The notes under the pieces: model-generated
The model's database searches: none
What the model saw: the letters and a program-made list of their open reading frames with translations, nothing else
Told to the model about the DNA's origin: nothing
Part shown: in pieces, positions 49,305 through 59,173 of the stretch
Layout: each line of letters begins with the position of its first letter
Position numbering within the stretch: position 1 is the stretch's first letter
Program-made: the position numbers and the translations under genes
NCBI GenBank assembly: GCA_965206645.1
Contig: CBDBKE010000004.1
Coordinates: 384,001-448,000 of the forward strand
Source of the DNA: Terriglobia bacterium
GTDB taxonomy: Bacteria; Acidobacteriota; Terriglobia; JAJPHL01; JAPKYU01
DNA length: 64,000 bases
Direction of reading: 5' to 3'

Positions 49305-49355
49305 TGGTGGGCGACAGGGGACTCGAACCTCTGACCTCCTGCGTGTGAAGCAGGT
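49305..49355 (-). tRNA. 3' fragment of tRNA-Val(CAC), probably an integration (att) junction
   Basis: Minus strand CCTGC-TT-CAC-AC-GCAGG-AGGTC-AGAGG-TTCGAGT-CCCCT-GTCGCCC-ACCA; the D-arm and 5' acceptor strand are absent. Confidence 0.88.
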
Positions 49356-49462
49356 CACGTCCTTCTTTCAGTTACATTGCTTCCATCCGTTTCCTCGTAT
49401 TATCAATAACTTGGGGAACCTGCTTTCACTCAGTCAGCAACCCCACTCGCTTCCGAACATAG

Positions 49463-49487
49463 GGTTTTGATACGGTTTTGATACGGT
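49463..49487. repeat. 11-bp tandem repeat GGTTTTGATAC x2, putative integrase arm-type sites
   Basis: GGTTTTGATAC GGTTTTGATAC GGT, ~110 bp inside the att junction. Confidence 0.55.
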
Positions 49488-49630
49488 ACCATCTTCTTTA
49501 GAGGCGCAGAGCCGCCCTTTCCACGACTCCCCTTCATTTCGTCCTCTTGCACTTTTCTTCAAGCTGGTACGTCATGTCCTCAGAACCTGTTTTTAGCAAT
49601 CAATATGCTCTTGCGAACGGTGCCGTTCAG

Positions 49631-50237
49631 CTAGCAGGGCTTCCGTTTCAGACAGATCCCTTCCCCGATCACGATGAAGGCCGCCGCCCGCGCCGTCCCA
49701 TCGAGGATCGCCGAAAGCTCTTTCCAGTACGCCATCACGGCGGCGCACCACTTGGACAGATCGCGCTCCGATGCGTAGAGGTTATCTCCGGCGAGTGGTG
49801 CGACGAACCAGGACGCCAGCACCGCCGCGAGAGGTGATTTCGCATCGTCGCCTTTCTTCGCCCATCCGAGCCGCGAGAGGACTGGGTTTAGGAAGAGATC
49901 GGGCCGAAGTTTTGCCAGCTCGCTAGCAGATGGTCCCGCCCCGTGCTTGATTGCGTTCGCGGCCATCCTGAGTTTGTAGAGCTTCCCGGCGCAGGCGAAA
50001 CTCCGGCACTCGACGCCGTATGCGGCCAGACGCTTTTCGAGTTCCGCCGTCTGGAACGATCCATTTTCTTCCCTGGCCGCTTCGGCTGCCGCAGCCGCTT
50101 CTTCCGCGATGCCACCAAACGCCGGAGCCACCCTTCTCAAGTGCCCCGGCGTGAAAACCTTGGATCGCTGGAACGTAGACCCCCCGAAAATAATGGGCCC
50201 AGAACCGGGCATTCGGAACCATGTACCCATGGTACAT
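49631..50237 (-). pseudogene. hypothetical protein with a frameshift near 50131
   Basis: FWAHYFRGVYVPAIQGFHAGALEK and VAPAFGGIAEEA...ANAIKHGAGPSA are in different frames. Confidence 0.55.
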
Positions 50238-50349
50238 CGCCCGGCCGGCATCCGGTCTCGACGCGCCGGGGCACCCCGGCCGCGTTCGGCGCGTGGGCCG
50301 CGCTCGATCCGGACATCGACTCCTACATGTCACAGGCGACGTTCTTCCG

Positions 50350-50710
50350 TCACAGGTCCTTCACACTATTGTTGAGCTGCTGGGCGCCATCGGCATATAC
50401 CAGCAAATCATCCTTCCCGAATACAGCAATGTTGTTGCGATTCCCCAAAAACGCGCCTCCGGCCTGACGCTCATGCAAGATGAGGAACCCTGCCGCCGTC
50501 CGGTCGGCGGTAATGCGGACGTTCAGACAGAATCGGCGTAACTTCTTCATCACCTCGATAGTCTGAGGCTCTGTCGTGCCACTTGTCCCGCTAAAACTCG
50601 ACACTACTGAGCCTTGTACAAATACCGTGACTCCGGGCGCATCCTCATTGAGCATCCGTGTTCATGGCGATCACTAAAACCAGCACCACTCCAGCAACTA
50701 ATGTTCGCAT
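50350..50710 (-). pseudogene. small secreted hypothetical protein with a frameshift near 50651
   Basis: GGAGG RBS and signal peptide MRTLVAGVVLVLVIA; the body continues in another frame (NEDAPGVTVFV...). Confidence 0.55.
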
Positions 50711-50804
50711 AGCGATAGTCCCTCCTTCAGAAGTTTCCCGGCTGCTCCAGCCTCGGTTATCCGACCGGAGGCGACAATGCCCCAGCTCCCGCCGCTTCGT
50801 GGGG

Positions 50805-51229
50805 TCAGTCCAACCGGGCTCCTTGGCGCCATTGCCAGGGCTTGATGAATTGTCCTTGCCAGATACCACGATTGTCTTTCCGGGCTTCATCTTCAGCGGC
50901 AACGTACCGTTTCGAGAAGCGCCGATAAGCAAGTGCTTGGCCTTGACGGACAAGCCATCCGTTCAAGTCCATGTCGTCCAGGTAGCAGACGGAAATCAAA
51001 CGGCCGTACTGGTCCCTCGTGTCACCCTTGCACGTGATGGACGCCTTGCCGATCTTTACACGCAGTGCCGAAGTCGCCTCCTTTCCGCAATCGTAGCGCT
51101 TCCCGTCACGCTTGCACGTCTGTCTTGATTCCGGCGCGTCAATCCCCTCCAGGCGCAACTTTTCACCGGCAATCTCCACGGTGTCGGCGTCGATGATGCG
51201 AGCCACGCCGGTCAGAGTTTCGGCACTGC
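50805..51229 (-). pseudogene. thermonuclease (SNase) whose 5' end is cut off by IS3
   Basis: IIDADT, LRLEGIDAPE..Q.C, DQYGRL, LVRQGQA and RGIWQG; no start codon before the IS. Confidence 0.85.
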
Positions 51230-52509
51230 TGACCTGCCTGGCGATTTCCGGACCAGCTGAAGCCTGAGAGAATGGCGCCCTCGGAGAAACGAGGGAGCCA
51301 TGAAGAAGACCCGGTTTACCGAAGAGCAGATGGTGACGATCCTCCGCGAGGCCGATCAGCGGCCCGTTCCGGAGGTGGCCAAAAAGAACGGCGTCAGCGC
51401 CCAGACGCTCTACGCCTGGCGGAAACACTTCGGCACGTTGGAGCCCGCCGATGTGAAGCGGCTGCGGCAGCTCGAGCAGGAGAACGGCCGGCTGAAAAAG
51501 ATGGTGGCCGATCGAGATCTGGAGATCGACGTGCTCAAGGAGATCACCCGAAAAAAATGGTAGGCGCACGCGTGCGCCGGCCGCAGGTCGCGTATGCACG
51601 TGCACGCGGTCTGTCGGGTCGCCGCGCGTGCGCCTTGCTCTCCGTCGCACGGTCCACGCTGGGCTACCAGTCGCGGCTGGTCGACCGGGATGCCCCGGCG
51701 CTGGCCGCGATGCGTCGTCTGGCGGCGCAGTATCCGCGGTACGGCTATCGCCGGATTCGGATTTTCCTAAAACGCGAAGGGCACACGATGAGCACGGACC
51801 GGACCCATCGCCTCTGGCGCCAGGCGGGGTTGCAGGTGCCTCGGCGGCGGCCGCGGCGCCGGGTCGCCCTGAGCCGGCCCCGCCCGGTGCCCGCCACTGC
51901 GGTCAATCACGTCTGGGCGTACGACTTCGTGTTCGACACCTGCGCGAATGGGCAGACGCTCAAGTGCCTCACCGTCGTCGACGAATGGACCCGCGAGTCA
52001 CTCGCGATCGACGTGGCCGGCGGCATTCGGTCCGGGCGCGTTATCGAGGTGCTCACGCAGCTCGTGAGCGTCCACGGAGCCCCACGTTACCTCCGGTCCG
52101 ACAACGGCCCCGAGTTTGTCGCGGGTGCGATTCTCCGGTGGCTGCTCCAGGCGCAGATCGAAACCGCGCTCATCGAGCCGGGGAAGCCGTGGCAGAATGC
52201 GACCGACGAATCGTTCAACGGGAAGTTCCGCGACGAGTATCTGAGCCTGCAGTGGTTTCGGAACCGCGTGGACGCGAAGGTGGGGATCGAGCAATGGCGA
52301 CGGCACTACAACGACGTGCGACCGCACTCGAGCCTTGGCTATCTGACGCCAGCCGAGTTCAAAGCGCAGCTCCGTGCTGGCTCGGATGACGGTGGGCGCT
52401 CGCCGGCGATGCCGGCTCACGCTGACCAAGAAGAACACGAGAGCGACTTAACCATGCCGACTGGCGCTGTTCTCCAGTAATCGGTGGTCCGAAGAAAGCC
52501 GGCAGGTCA
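51230..52509 (+). mobile_element. IS3-family element, 1280 bp
   Basis: IRs TGACCTGCC...GGACCA / TGGTCC...GGCAGGTCA; TG...CA ends. Confidence 0.93.
51300..52480 (+). CDS. IS3 transposase OrfAB (orfA 51300-51563; programmed -1 frameshift at the A7 run ~51551)
   Basis: MKKTRFTEEQ HTH; YGYRRI, WAYDF, SDNGPEF, PGKPWQN and ESFNGKFRDE. Confidence 0.93.
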
Positions 52510-52796
52510 CAACAATGCTTCAACTCGAACGCCCGCAGGCCATACAAAGACAGGAGTAACCTGATGCTTACCGTTGCCGCGTTCCCGCGGGTGTCGCCGC
52601 GAACCCGTTGCTACTGCCTGTAATCTAGAAAGCAACTCAAACACCTTCTGAGCAGCGGTTGGCGAAGATCCGGTCGCTGAAGGCCGTCTTCACAGGACAA
52701 ATCCGCGGGGTTTTCAAAATTGCGCTACATCAAGCCGGCGCACTTCGGAGAGGCTTGGTTTTCTAATTCCCTTCCAAGGTCGACGAACGGATCACA

Positions 52797-55700
52797 TCAG
52801 TCGCTGAGCAAATACTGAGTCACCAACGCACGTGTGATGGCTTCACCGCGTCCGGAAAGCTTTCGAACGTTTTCTTCCGACATTGCGGAGAAGTCGGTCG
52901 GGTAATGGATCACTTCCTCACGATCCACCCAGTTGGCGGATTTCAGAGGTACACGACGATCGATCTGTCCGAGACCTGCGTAGACAAACCCGTCAAGTCG
53001 CCCGAATTTCGCGTGATCGTGAAGCCGCTGTTTGGTAGCGTCCTGGACTTTGCGCATGACTGCGGACATGACCTGGGTCATTCGTTTTGTCCAACTGATG
53101 GGCACCCCCTTGCCGGTGAATTGCCCGGCGCCGGCGTCGCTCGCGATGATGATGTCGGGGTTGTAACTGATTGCGCTTACCTCGAGATCTCGGCCAGGCT
53201 CCATCACACTCACGCCTAGATTCTCGAACACGCCCCCGTCGGTGACTATCACGCGGCATGTATCGGTTTGCCCGTTTCTCTCCAAAGACTTCGTCCAGTC
53301 GAACGGCGGAAGGAATGGCGGGTAGGCGGCCGTGGCCGTCACCGCGTCGGCGACCCGGAGTTCGCTCGCCGGTGCCCAGCCGTATCTCCAAGTGCCGAAG
53401 CGTTCGTTGCTCATACGGAATGCAGTGCCGGTTCGGAGCTCACAAGCGTTGAAGACGATCGCCTTGCCTTGGCGCGTGGGCGCATCGCAGTTCTGAGTGC
53501 CGACTACGCCAGCGATCGCGTCGGCAAGGACGTGTGTCCGCGAATAGCGATGTCGGAGTGGCCACGACCAGCGCGAGACGAGGTTGCTGGCACTGCGAAT
53601 CCCGGGAAAGAATGTGGAGACCAGATTTGCGATCCAGGTCATCAAGTCGGTGGCCAACGTTGGCAGAGCGACGACAGCAAAGTTCCACAGGAGCGAACCG
53701 AGGCGTGCGGGATGCAGGAGTTTTTTCAGCGCAGGTCTTACCAGACCGCGATGAAGGAATTTGACAGCGCTGTCATCGATTTCGGAGAACGCAGCTTCGG
53801 TATAGCCGACTAGGGCAGTCATGACCGAGCCGCCCGACACGCCGGATATCACATCGACCTCATCGAGTAACTTGAGGTCTTCGAGCGCACGCAATGTGCC
53901 AAGATGAAATGCGACGGCACGCGATCCGCCGCCGGATAGCGACAGCCCAATCTTCTTGTCGAGTGCCGCCACCGGAGGCGGAGTCGTAACACCGCCTCGT
54001 GCCCCGATTGTGATCTCCATTCCGTTTCGGTGCGCGGCCAATTCTCTCTTTTCGAACGCGTAAGCCCCAATTTGCGGCTTCTGTTCGGCGGCATGCCCGA
54101 CGATCACCATCAGCTGGAGGGCACCGTCGTCGGGTCCAGCCGCAAAAATGGTGGCGATGCCTTCGTAGTCCGTGGCGCTAGGCGTTGCTGGGCTGACCGG
54201 ATGGGAATGCCAGGTTCCGACGTAACGCACGATCCGGTGGGTGCGTTCTTCGTAGTCCTTGCACAGAGCTCTTGTGCCGTGGGTTCCGCAGCGGAAGAGC
54301 TCGGCGGAAAACGTGCTGTCCTGCGGCGGCCCACTGACGTTGGTCACCCATACGATTCCGAGGGTCTCGTCGAACTGTCCGAACAGTAGACCACCCGTTT
54401 CCTGTTCCGCGGATCGTTCTCGGGCCCCCGCGCGTATCCAGCCGATCATATCCCGCCAGACATTCGCCGACATCCGGAAGTCGAGCCCGTCCGCGACCCA
54501 CCGAATGTCCGGGCGAAACCTAAAACGCTGTTCACGAATATCGGGCGACTGGCAGATGAGAAAACCGCTGGCGATGTCACCAGCGTCGTCAAGCGCCTCG
54601 GCCAATGCATTGAGCGCCCGCGCCGAAAGGACGGCCACGTCGGCGTGCGATGCGACGAAGGTGGGATCGGAACATCCGGGTTCTGGCTGCCGGAGACCTT
54701 CGATAGCGTCAGACGTCCAGAAGGCCTTCGCCCACTCGCCGAGCCAGTCACGGTTCACGGCCGCAAGGCCTAGGCGGCGGAACATGTCGAGGGGTCCAGC
54801 TCGGTATCCGGACGGAGCGACGACTGCGACAGCGTGCTGCGCGGTGGCGCTGATCATCACCGAAGCGATTGGAATCTGCCGCTCGTGTTCCTTGAGTACC
54901 GCCTCAAGCTTGCTTCTAACACGGAGTGACGCGGTCGCATCGACCACGACGTCGATATCCGCGTCCCAATCGGTCCTGGTCAGGGTCTGGAAGACAATGT
55001 CCTCGATTCTCGCAAAAACTTTGACGTTTGGTGCGATCGATTGCACCCGACTGGCGAGTGCCGTGGCCTTTGGCTCGTTAGTGTCCGCAGCGGAAAAGTT
55101 CTGGCGAACCAGCACGCCCGGGGTTACGTGGTTTCGGTCGTAAAGCGTGAGTTCTGCGATTCCCGCTCGAGCGAGGTGCTCTGCAATGAGTGAGCCTATT
55201 GCTCCGCAGCCCCAAAGCGCCACCCGTTTTCCGCGAAACCAGTCCATCGCCGTGCCTTCGTCTCGCCGGGTTACGATCTCGGGACGGTTCTCAATCACAG
55301 AGCACCACCTTACACGTGCCTCGTTCCTCCATCTGATCAAGGTTTCGAAAACAGAGTTGATCAACGCTTGGAATTCTTCCGGGGTGTCTTCTCTCCTGTA
55401 GTGGTTGCTGAATTGGCAGGCGATCGAGGCTGCGCGCAGCTTGGCGACATCGTGCCCTTCGATTTCCCAAAATGTGAGGTGTTGGTGTCGTTGCGTGACG
55501 TCGCCGGCGACGCCTCGTGCAGGCGCACCGATCGCGACGTACAACGGGGCGCCCTTGGTGACACGCTCCGAGGCCAGCATCAGGTGAGCAAGCAGCCGAT
55601 AGCCCAGGGCACCTTTGCTTTCCAGGTGGTGGAGCAGGTGATGGACCATTCGGGGGTATTCGAACGGAAGCTCGAAGTTCAGCAAGACCGTGGGCGCGAA

Positions 55701-56297
55701 CAACACATCGTTCTGCAAATGTTGTACGGGCACCCACGCATTGACCTCAAGAAGGCCGGGCTTCGGCTGGTCGAGCACTGCGGCTCCGAACCATGGCCAA
55801 GTATCGCGGCCCGGCGTGTCGGCGTTCACACAGATCGATGTCAAGGCCACCGTATAGGCAACGGGCGGGTGCAAAGGACCTTCGGGATGGTCGAGTTCGT
55901 TGCGGGCTCCACGTCGAAACCACTCGTCGAGCTGCGCCAGGAATCCGAACATGCCTTGAGACGGGATCCACTGGGTGTCGAGGGATTGATACAGGCATAG
56001 GTGGCTTCCCCACTGAACGTGACCAAAGCCGTGGAATCGGGTGTGGGCAGTGTCGGCAGATGGCGGACTGAATGGGAAATCTGCCGGCACCCATAGCGTG
56101 ATGCCTTCGCGGTCGTGGAGCTGCAGACCGTCATCGACATGCTCGTGACGGGAGCAATCGAGCGTGATGTCGACGCCTAAAGAAGCACCCTGGTCGACGC
56201 TCTCTTCAACACCGATGATCTGAACCGGGGATCGATCGGTACCTGCTATGCGTCGCAGCTGGTCTAGCGCGGTCCGTTGGCCTTCACTAAGCGCCAC
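52797..56297 (-). CDS. E2-like + E1 (ThiF) + JAB + patatin phospholipase fusion, ~1166 aa
   Basis: E2: FPFSPP...HVQWGSHLCLY. E1: GCGAIGS, GVLVRQ, PEPGCSDPTF. JAB: ETGG...VGTWHSHP...PSATD. Patatin: LSGGGSRA, GVSGG, DGGVFEN. The GTG start at 56297 overlaps the MBL stop. Confidence 0.92.
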   Translation of the reverse strand: MALSEGQRTALDQLRRIAGTDRSPVQIIGVEESVDQGASLGVDITLDCSRHEHVDDGLQLHDREGITLWVPADFPFSPPSADTAHTRFHGFGHVQWGSHLCLYQSLDTQWIPSQGMFGFLAQLDEWFRRGARNELDHPEGPLHPPVAYTVALTSICVNADTPGRDTWPWFGAAVLDQPKPGLLEVNAWVPVQHLQNDVLFAPTVLLNFELPFEYPRMVHHLLHHLESKGALGYRLLAHLMLASERVTKGAPLYVAIGAPARGVAGDVTQRHQHLTFWEIEGHDVAKLRAASIACQFSNHYRREDTPEEFQALINSVFETLIRWRNEARVRWCSVIENRPEIVTRRDEGTAMDWFRGKRVALWGCGAIGSLIAEHLARAGIAELTLYDRNHVTPGVLVRQNFSAADTNEPKATALASRVQSIAPNVKVFARIEDIVFQTLTRTDWDADIDVVVDATASLRVRSKLEAVLKEHERQIPIASVMISATAQHAVAVVAPSGYRAGPLDMFRRLGLAAVNRDWLGEWAKAFWTSDAIEGLRQPEPGCSDPTFVASHADVAVLSARALNALAEALDDAGDIASGFLICQSPDIREQRFRFRPDIRWVADGLDFRMSANVWRDMIGWIRAGARERSAEQETGGLLFGQFDETLGIVWVTNVSGPPQDSTFSAELFRCGTHGTRALCKDYEERTHRIVRYVGTWHSHPVSPATPSATDYEGIATIFAAGPDDGALQLMVIVGHAAEQKPQIGAYAFEKRELAAHRNGMEITIGARGGVTTPPPVAALDKKIGLSLSGGGSRAVAFHLGTLRALEDLKLLDEVDVISGVSGGSVMTALVGYTEAAFSEIDDSAVKFLHRGLVRPALKKLLHPARLGSLLWNFAVVALPTLATDLMTWIANLVSTFFPGIRSASNLVSRWSWPLRHRYSRTHVLADAIAGVVGTQNCDAPTRQGKAIVFNACELRTGTAFRMSNERFGTWRYGWAPASELRVADAVTATAAYPPFLPPFDWTKSLERNGQTDTCRVIVTDGGVFENLGVSVMEPGRDLEVSAISYNPDIIIASDAGAGQFTGKGVPISWTKRMTQVMSAVMRKVQDATKQRLHDHAKFGRLDGFVYAGLGQIDRRVPLKSANWVDREEVIHYPTDFSAMSEENVRKLSGRGEAITRALVTQYLLSD

Positions 56298-57435
56298 GAC
56301 CGAATCCAACTGCCGTTGCAGGCGCGACGGCGGCGCCACTGGCAGCCTTCAGCGCGTCGCTCATCGACTTGCTGGATTCGCTCTTGCCGACATAGGCGAA
56401 CCCTGTCTCGCTGACCTCGAAGATGATTGGCTCGGGGTTCCTCTTGTCCGGATGTTCCTGGGTGCACATGAACTCGTTAGGGACGATGCGCTGATACTGT
56501 CGCTTCGCCTTGGCGTGTGGTGGATTATCACCTGGTTCGTTGCTCGCCGGCACAGGGTCCGAGCTCGAGACAACATATCCGGGATTGAGGGCAGCGTTGC
56601 CAATGTCACGCACGATGTCAGATTTCAGCGTCTCCTCGTCGCCGTCCTCGTCTTTCCAGTACATCACTGACTTCGAGCAATGATGGGGTGCGAGCAGGAC
56701 GTTCCAGGCCCGCTTTGCGGCTTTACTGCGGTCGAAGATTCGTCGGATGATCGGATAGCTAAGGTCTCCCATGAGCAGCGCTCGGCCGACGCCGGATTCG
56801 TTATAGAGGGAGATCTGGAAGGCAAGGCTACAATCGTTCCGGTCGCCGAAGCTGTCGTCCTTGAACGGGGCGTGCACAAACGCCTCAAATGCATTGGGGA
56901 CGTCCTCACCGTCCAAAGTTGTGATGGTTTGGCCCGGAATGGACAGGAATTCTTTGGGAAAGCCTTTGAAATCGGGCTCCTTGAGCAGGTCGTCGTAGCC
57001 GATGATGCGAATTCGACGGCCTCGTCCGGGATCGCCGCCAGCGTCTATGCCCACCTTAACACGTCGCATCGCCTCGTCGTGGAAGGCTTGCGCGTCTTCG
57101 CAGAGGTCGTTGTTCTCGCGGAATTCGCGGAACGTGCGCGGCGACATCCAGAGCTCGGAGATGATCACGCGGTCGTTCAGCTCCTCAAAGCCCTGGCAGT
57201 GGTCCAGATCGGGATGCGTGAGCGCGAATACCGACAGATACGGCTTGCCGCGAAGTTTCGGCAGAACCTTGATCAACTCGTCGATTACCGGCCAAGCTGG
57301 GTCGTCGTCCTCTTCGGACTTGGCCATGTGCCGCATGTCGACCTGTAGGTACACCGTCTCGGACACGCGAACGGTCGTGCTGTCGCCAGTGCCGACCGGC
57401 CAGAAGATGAAGCCTCGGGCAGGAGAGTAGATCAT
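56287..57435 (-). CDS. ComEC/Rec2-type metallo-beta-lactamase-fold hydrolase (putative nuclease)
   Basis: FWPVGTGDS, LTHPDLDHCQG, NDCSL, LMGDL and APHHCS; low-complexity tail ending VGFGRGA; AAGGGG RBS. Confidence 0.9.
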   Translation of the reverse strand: MIYSPARGFIFWPVGTGDSTTVRVSETVYLQVDMRHMAKSEEDDDPAWPVIDELIKVLPKLRGKPYLSVFALTHPDLDHCQGFEELNDRVIISELWMSPRTFREFRENNDLCEDAQAFHDEAMRRVKVGIDAGGDPGRGRRIRIIGYDDLLKEPDFKGFPKEFLSIPGQTITTLDGEDVPNAFEAFVHAPFKDDSFGDRNDCSLAFQISLYNESGVGRALLMGDLSYPIIRRIFDRSKAAKRAWNVLLAPHHCSKSVMYWKDEDGDEETLKSDIVRDIGNAALNPGYVVSSSDPVPASNEPGDNPPHAKAKRQYQRIVPNEFMCTQEHPDKRNPEPIIFEVSETGFAYVGKSESSKSMSDALKAASGAAVAPATAVGFGRGA

Positions 57436-57626
57436 ATTGAGCAACCCCTTATGCTATACTAGCACATGTTGGGGTCGGTTGGAAGTGCGAGGGTTTCAGT
57501 ACATGCGAGGTGAGCTCTGGGGAAATAACCGGCTCACCGTCAAAAAGCTCAGCCTTGAGCGGCCGCCGTTCTGACCTGCATGTCTCGACGTGACGAGTGC
57601 TGCGACGGGGCGAATAGGCACTTGCG

Positions 57627-58070
57627 ATGCAGTTTCCGGATCTTTGAGACAGCCTCTTCACCTTGCTTCTAAGGGCCTTTACCAACCATGGTGTGGGATA
57701 CTTGCTTATCGGAAGCATGGCCAAGTCCCATTACTCCCGTCGGCGCGAGCCGCTAGGCGAAATGGACCTGCTGATTAATCCCAAGCCCGAGAATGCAAGA
57801 AGGGTAGAGTCCGCTTTCCGGGAGCGAAATTATCATCAGCTGTTGCAGCTCGAACTGGAATAACTTGCCCTCCCAAATCAACAACACGCAATTTTCGACT
57901 GCGGCGTCCGCGTCGGCGTGTTCTTTCTCTTAAGCCGAATTTTAGTTTGTGTAAAGCCTTCTCCCGCTTAGAGACAGAGGTCGTTGACAGCATAAGTGTG
58001 CGGGTCGCATCTGAATGTGATTTGGAAACGCTCGACTCACTGAGAGAACAGAGCGCACGAGCACGTTGAA
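57627..58070 (+). pseudogene. degenerate minimal nucleotidyltransferase-like gene
   Basis: VGYLLIGSMA..HY...EMDLLINPKPENARR, with in-frame stops. Confidence 0.5.
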
Positions 58071-58154
58071 CCGGAACGAGCTTCCCTAGCAGTCCAAGGT
58101 TATAGTCAGATTGTTCATAGGATCAAACGGATCGCTCGTGACCGTGTCGGAATA

Positions 58155-58867
58155 GTGGTATCGGAAGATTTTGGTGTTGCTGCATCAGGAAGGCTGGCCG
58201 GTGGGCAAGTCTCTGGTGAGGCGATTGTATCGGGAAGAAGGACTGACGCTGCGACGGATGGTGCCAATGAAACGCCGGGTGGCAGTGGAACGAACAGAGA
58301 GAATTAAACCCAGCGGACTGAACCAGGTGTGGAGTCTGGACTTTCTGGCGGAGCAGTTGGCCGATGGCAGGTGATTCCGAGCATTGACGGTGGTGGATGT
58401 ATTCGCGCGGGAAAGCCTAGCGGTCGAGCCGAGACAGAGTCTGATAGGGGGAGACGTGGTCCGAGTGCTGCAGCGGATTCAGAAAGACCGTGGGGCGCCG
58501 AAGGCGCTGTTCTGCGACAATGGATTGGAGTTCACGAGCCAGGTGATGGACTTCTGGGCGTACCGGAACGGAGTGAAGATCGACTTTTCACGCCCGGGAA
58601 AGCCGACCGACAACGGGCACATTGAGTCGTTCAACGGAACGTTCCGGGACGAGTGTCTGAACACACATTGGTTCCCGACGCTCGGGGATGCCAGGGAGAT
58701 CATCGCAGCATGGCGAAGGGAGTACAATGAGAGTCGTCCTCACAGGGCCCTGAGGGAGAAGAGGCCGTACGAATTTGCTCATCAAATCGCGGCTCGCCGC
58801 GATTTGATGGGTTCGAAAAAACCGCAATACTCACCTTGAAGTTGGTACGAAATCTCGGGACCCCTCA
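58155..58867 (+). mobile_element. IS3-family remnant (truncated orfB with an internal TGA at 58372)
   Basis: YRKI...RLYREEGL, WSLDF, DGR*FRALTVVD, DNGLEF and ESFNGTFRDE; right end ...GGGACCCCTCA. Confidence 0.85.
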
Positions 58868-58914
58868 GTCATATAAACCGGAATAAACTTTTTGGCTCTC
58901 CGGCGGTTGCGAGT

Positions 58915-59054
58915 GGCGTTGTTGCGTAATTCGCGCTCGCGGCGAACCGGGCCGAGAAGCTCATCCGCCTCAGTACACGCGCTCCGACCGTGGCATTCCA
59001 AGCTCCGCCATCCGGTTCAGCACAGCGCACTTGATCGCGGCTTCGACTTTTTGG
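58915..59054 (-). mobile_element. IS5 (IS903-group) 3' remnant
   Basis: Minus strand encodes VEAAIKCAVLNRMAELGMPRSERVY*; end GGCGTTGTTGCGTAA resembles IS903-group IRs. Confidence 0.65.
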
Positions 59055-59173
59055 GGTGTTGTCAAGTTGAGGCTGACGGGTGTTTCTGATGCCCAGCATG
59101 GCGCGTTCAAGACGGGCTGGAGCCCAGTATCCTGGGGGTCGATCGACTAGCTTTTCGTCAACTTGACAATGCC
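59055..59173. mobile_element. 119-bp MITE-like element with IS6-like IRs
   Basis: GGTGTTGTCAAGTTGA ... TCAACTTGACAATGCC (14/16 inverted match); no transposase inside. Confidence 0.7.

Noticed and set aside
49305-49355. Functional tRNA-Val gene
   Set aside because: The 5' acceptor strand and D-arm are absent
50320-50352. TGA in VKDL-TGA-RKNVAC as a second selenocysteine
   Set aside because: The gene is already frameshifted, there is no redox motif or clear SECIS, and decay is the simpler explanation
52797-57435. Canonical CBASS type II
   Set aside because: No CD-NTase in the operon; the upstream gene has MBL motifs instead
57449-57724. Small ORF upstream of the MBL gene as a ubiquitin-like protein
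   Set aside because: No beta-grasp pattern or C-terminal Gly; it overlaps the NTase remnant antisense and the likely MBL promoter
58372-58374. In-frame TGA in IS3 orfB as recoding
   Set aside because: It lies in a truncated IS at a usual Arg position; ordinary nonsense mutation
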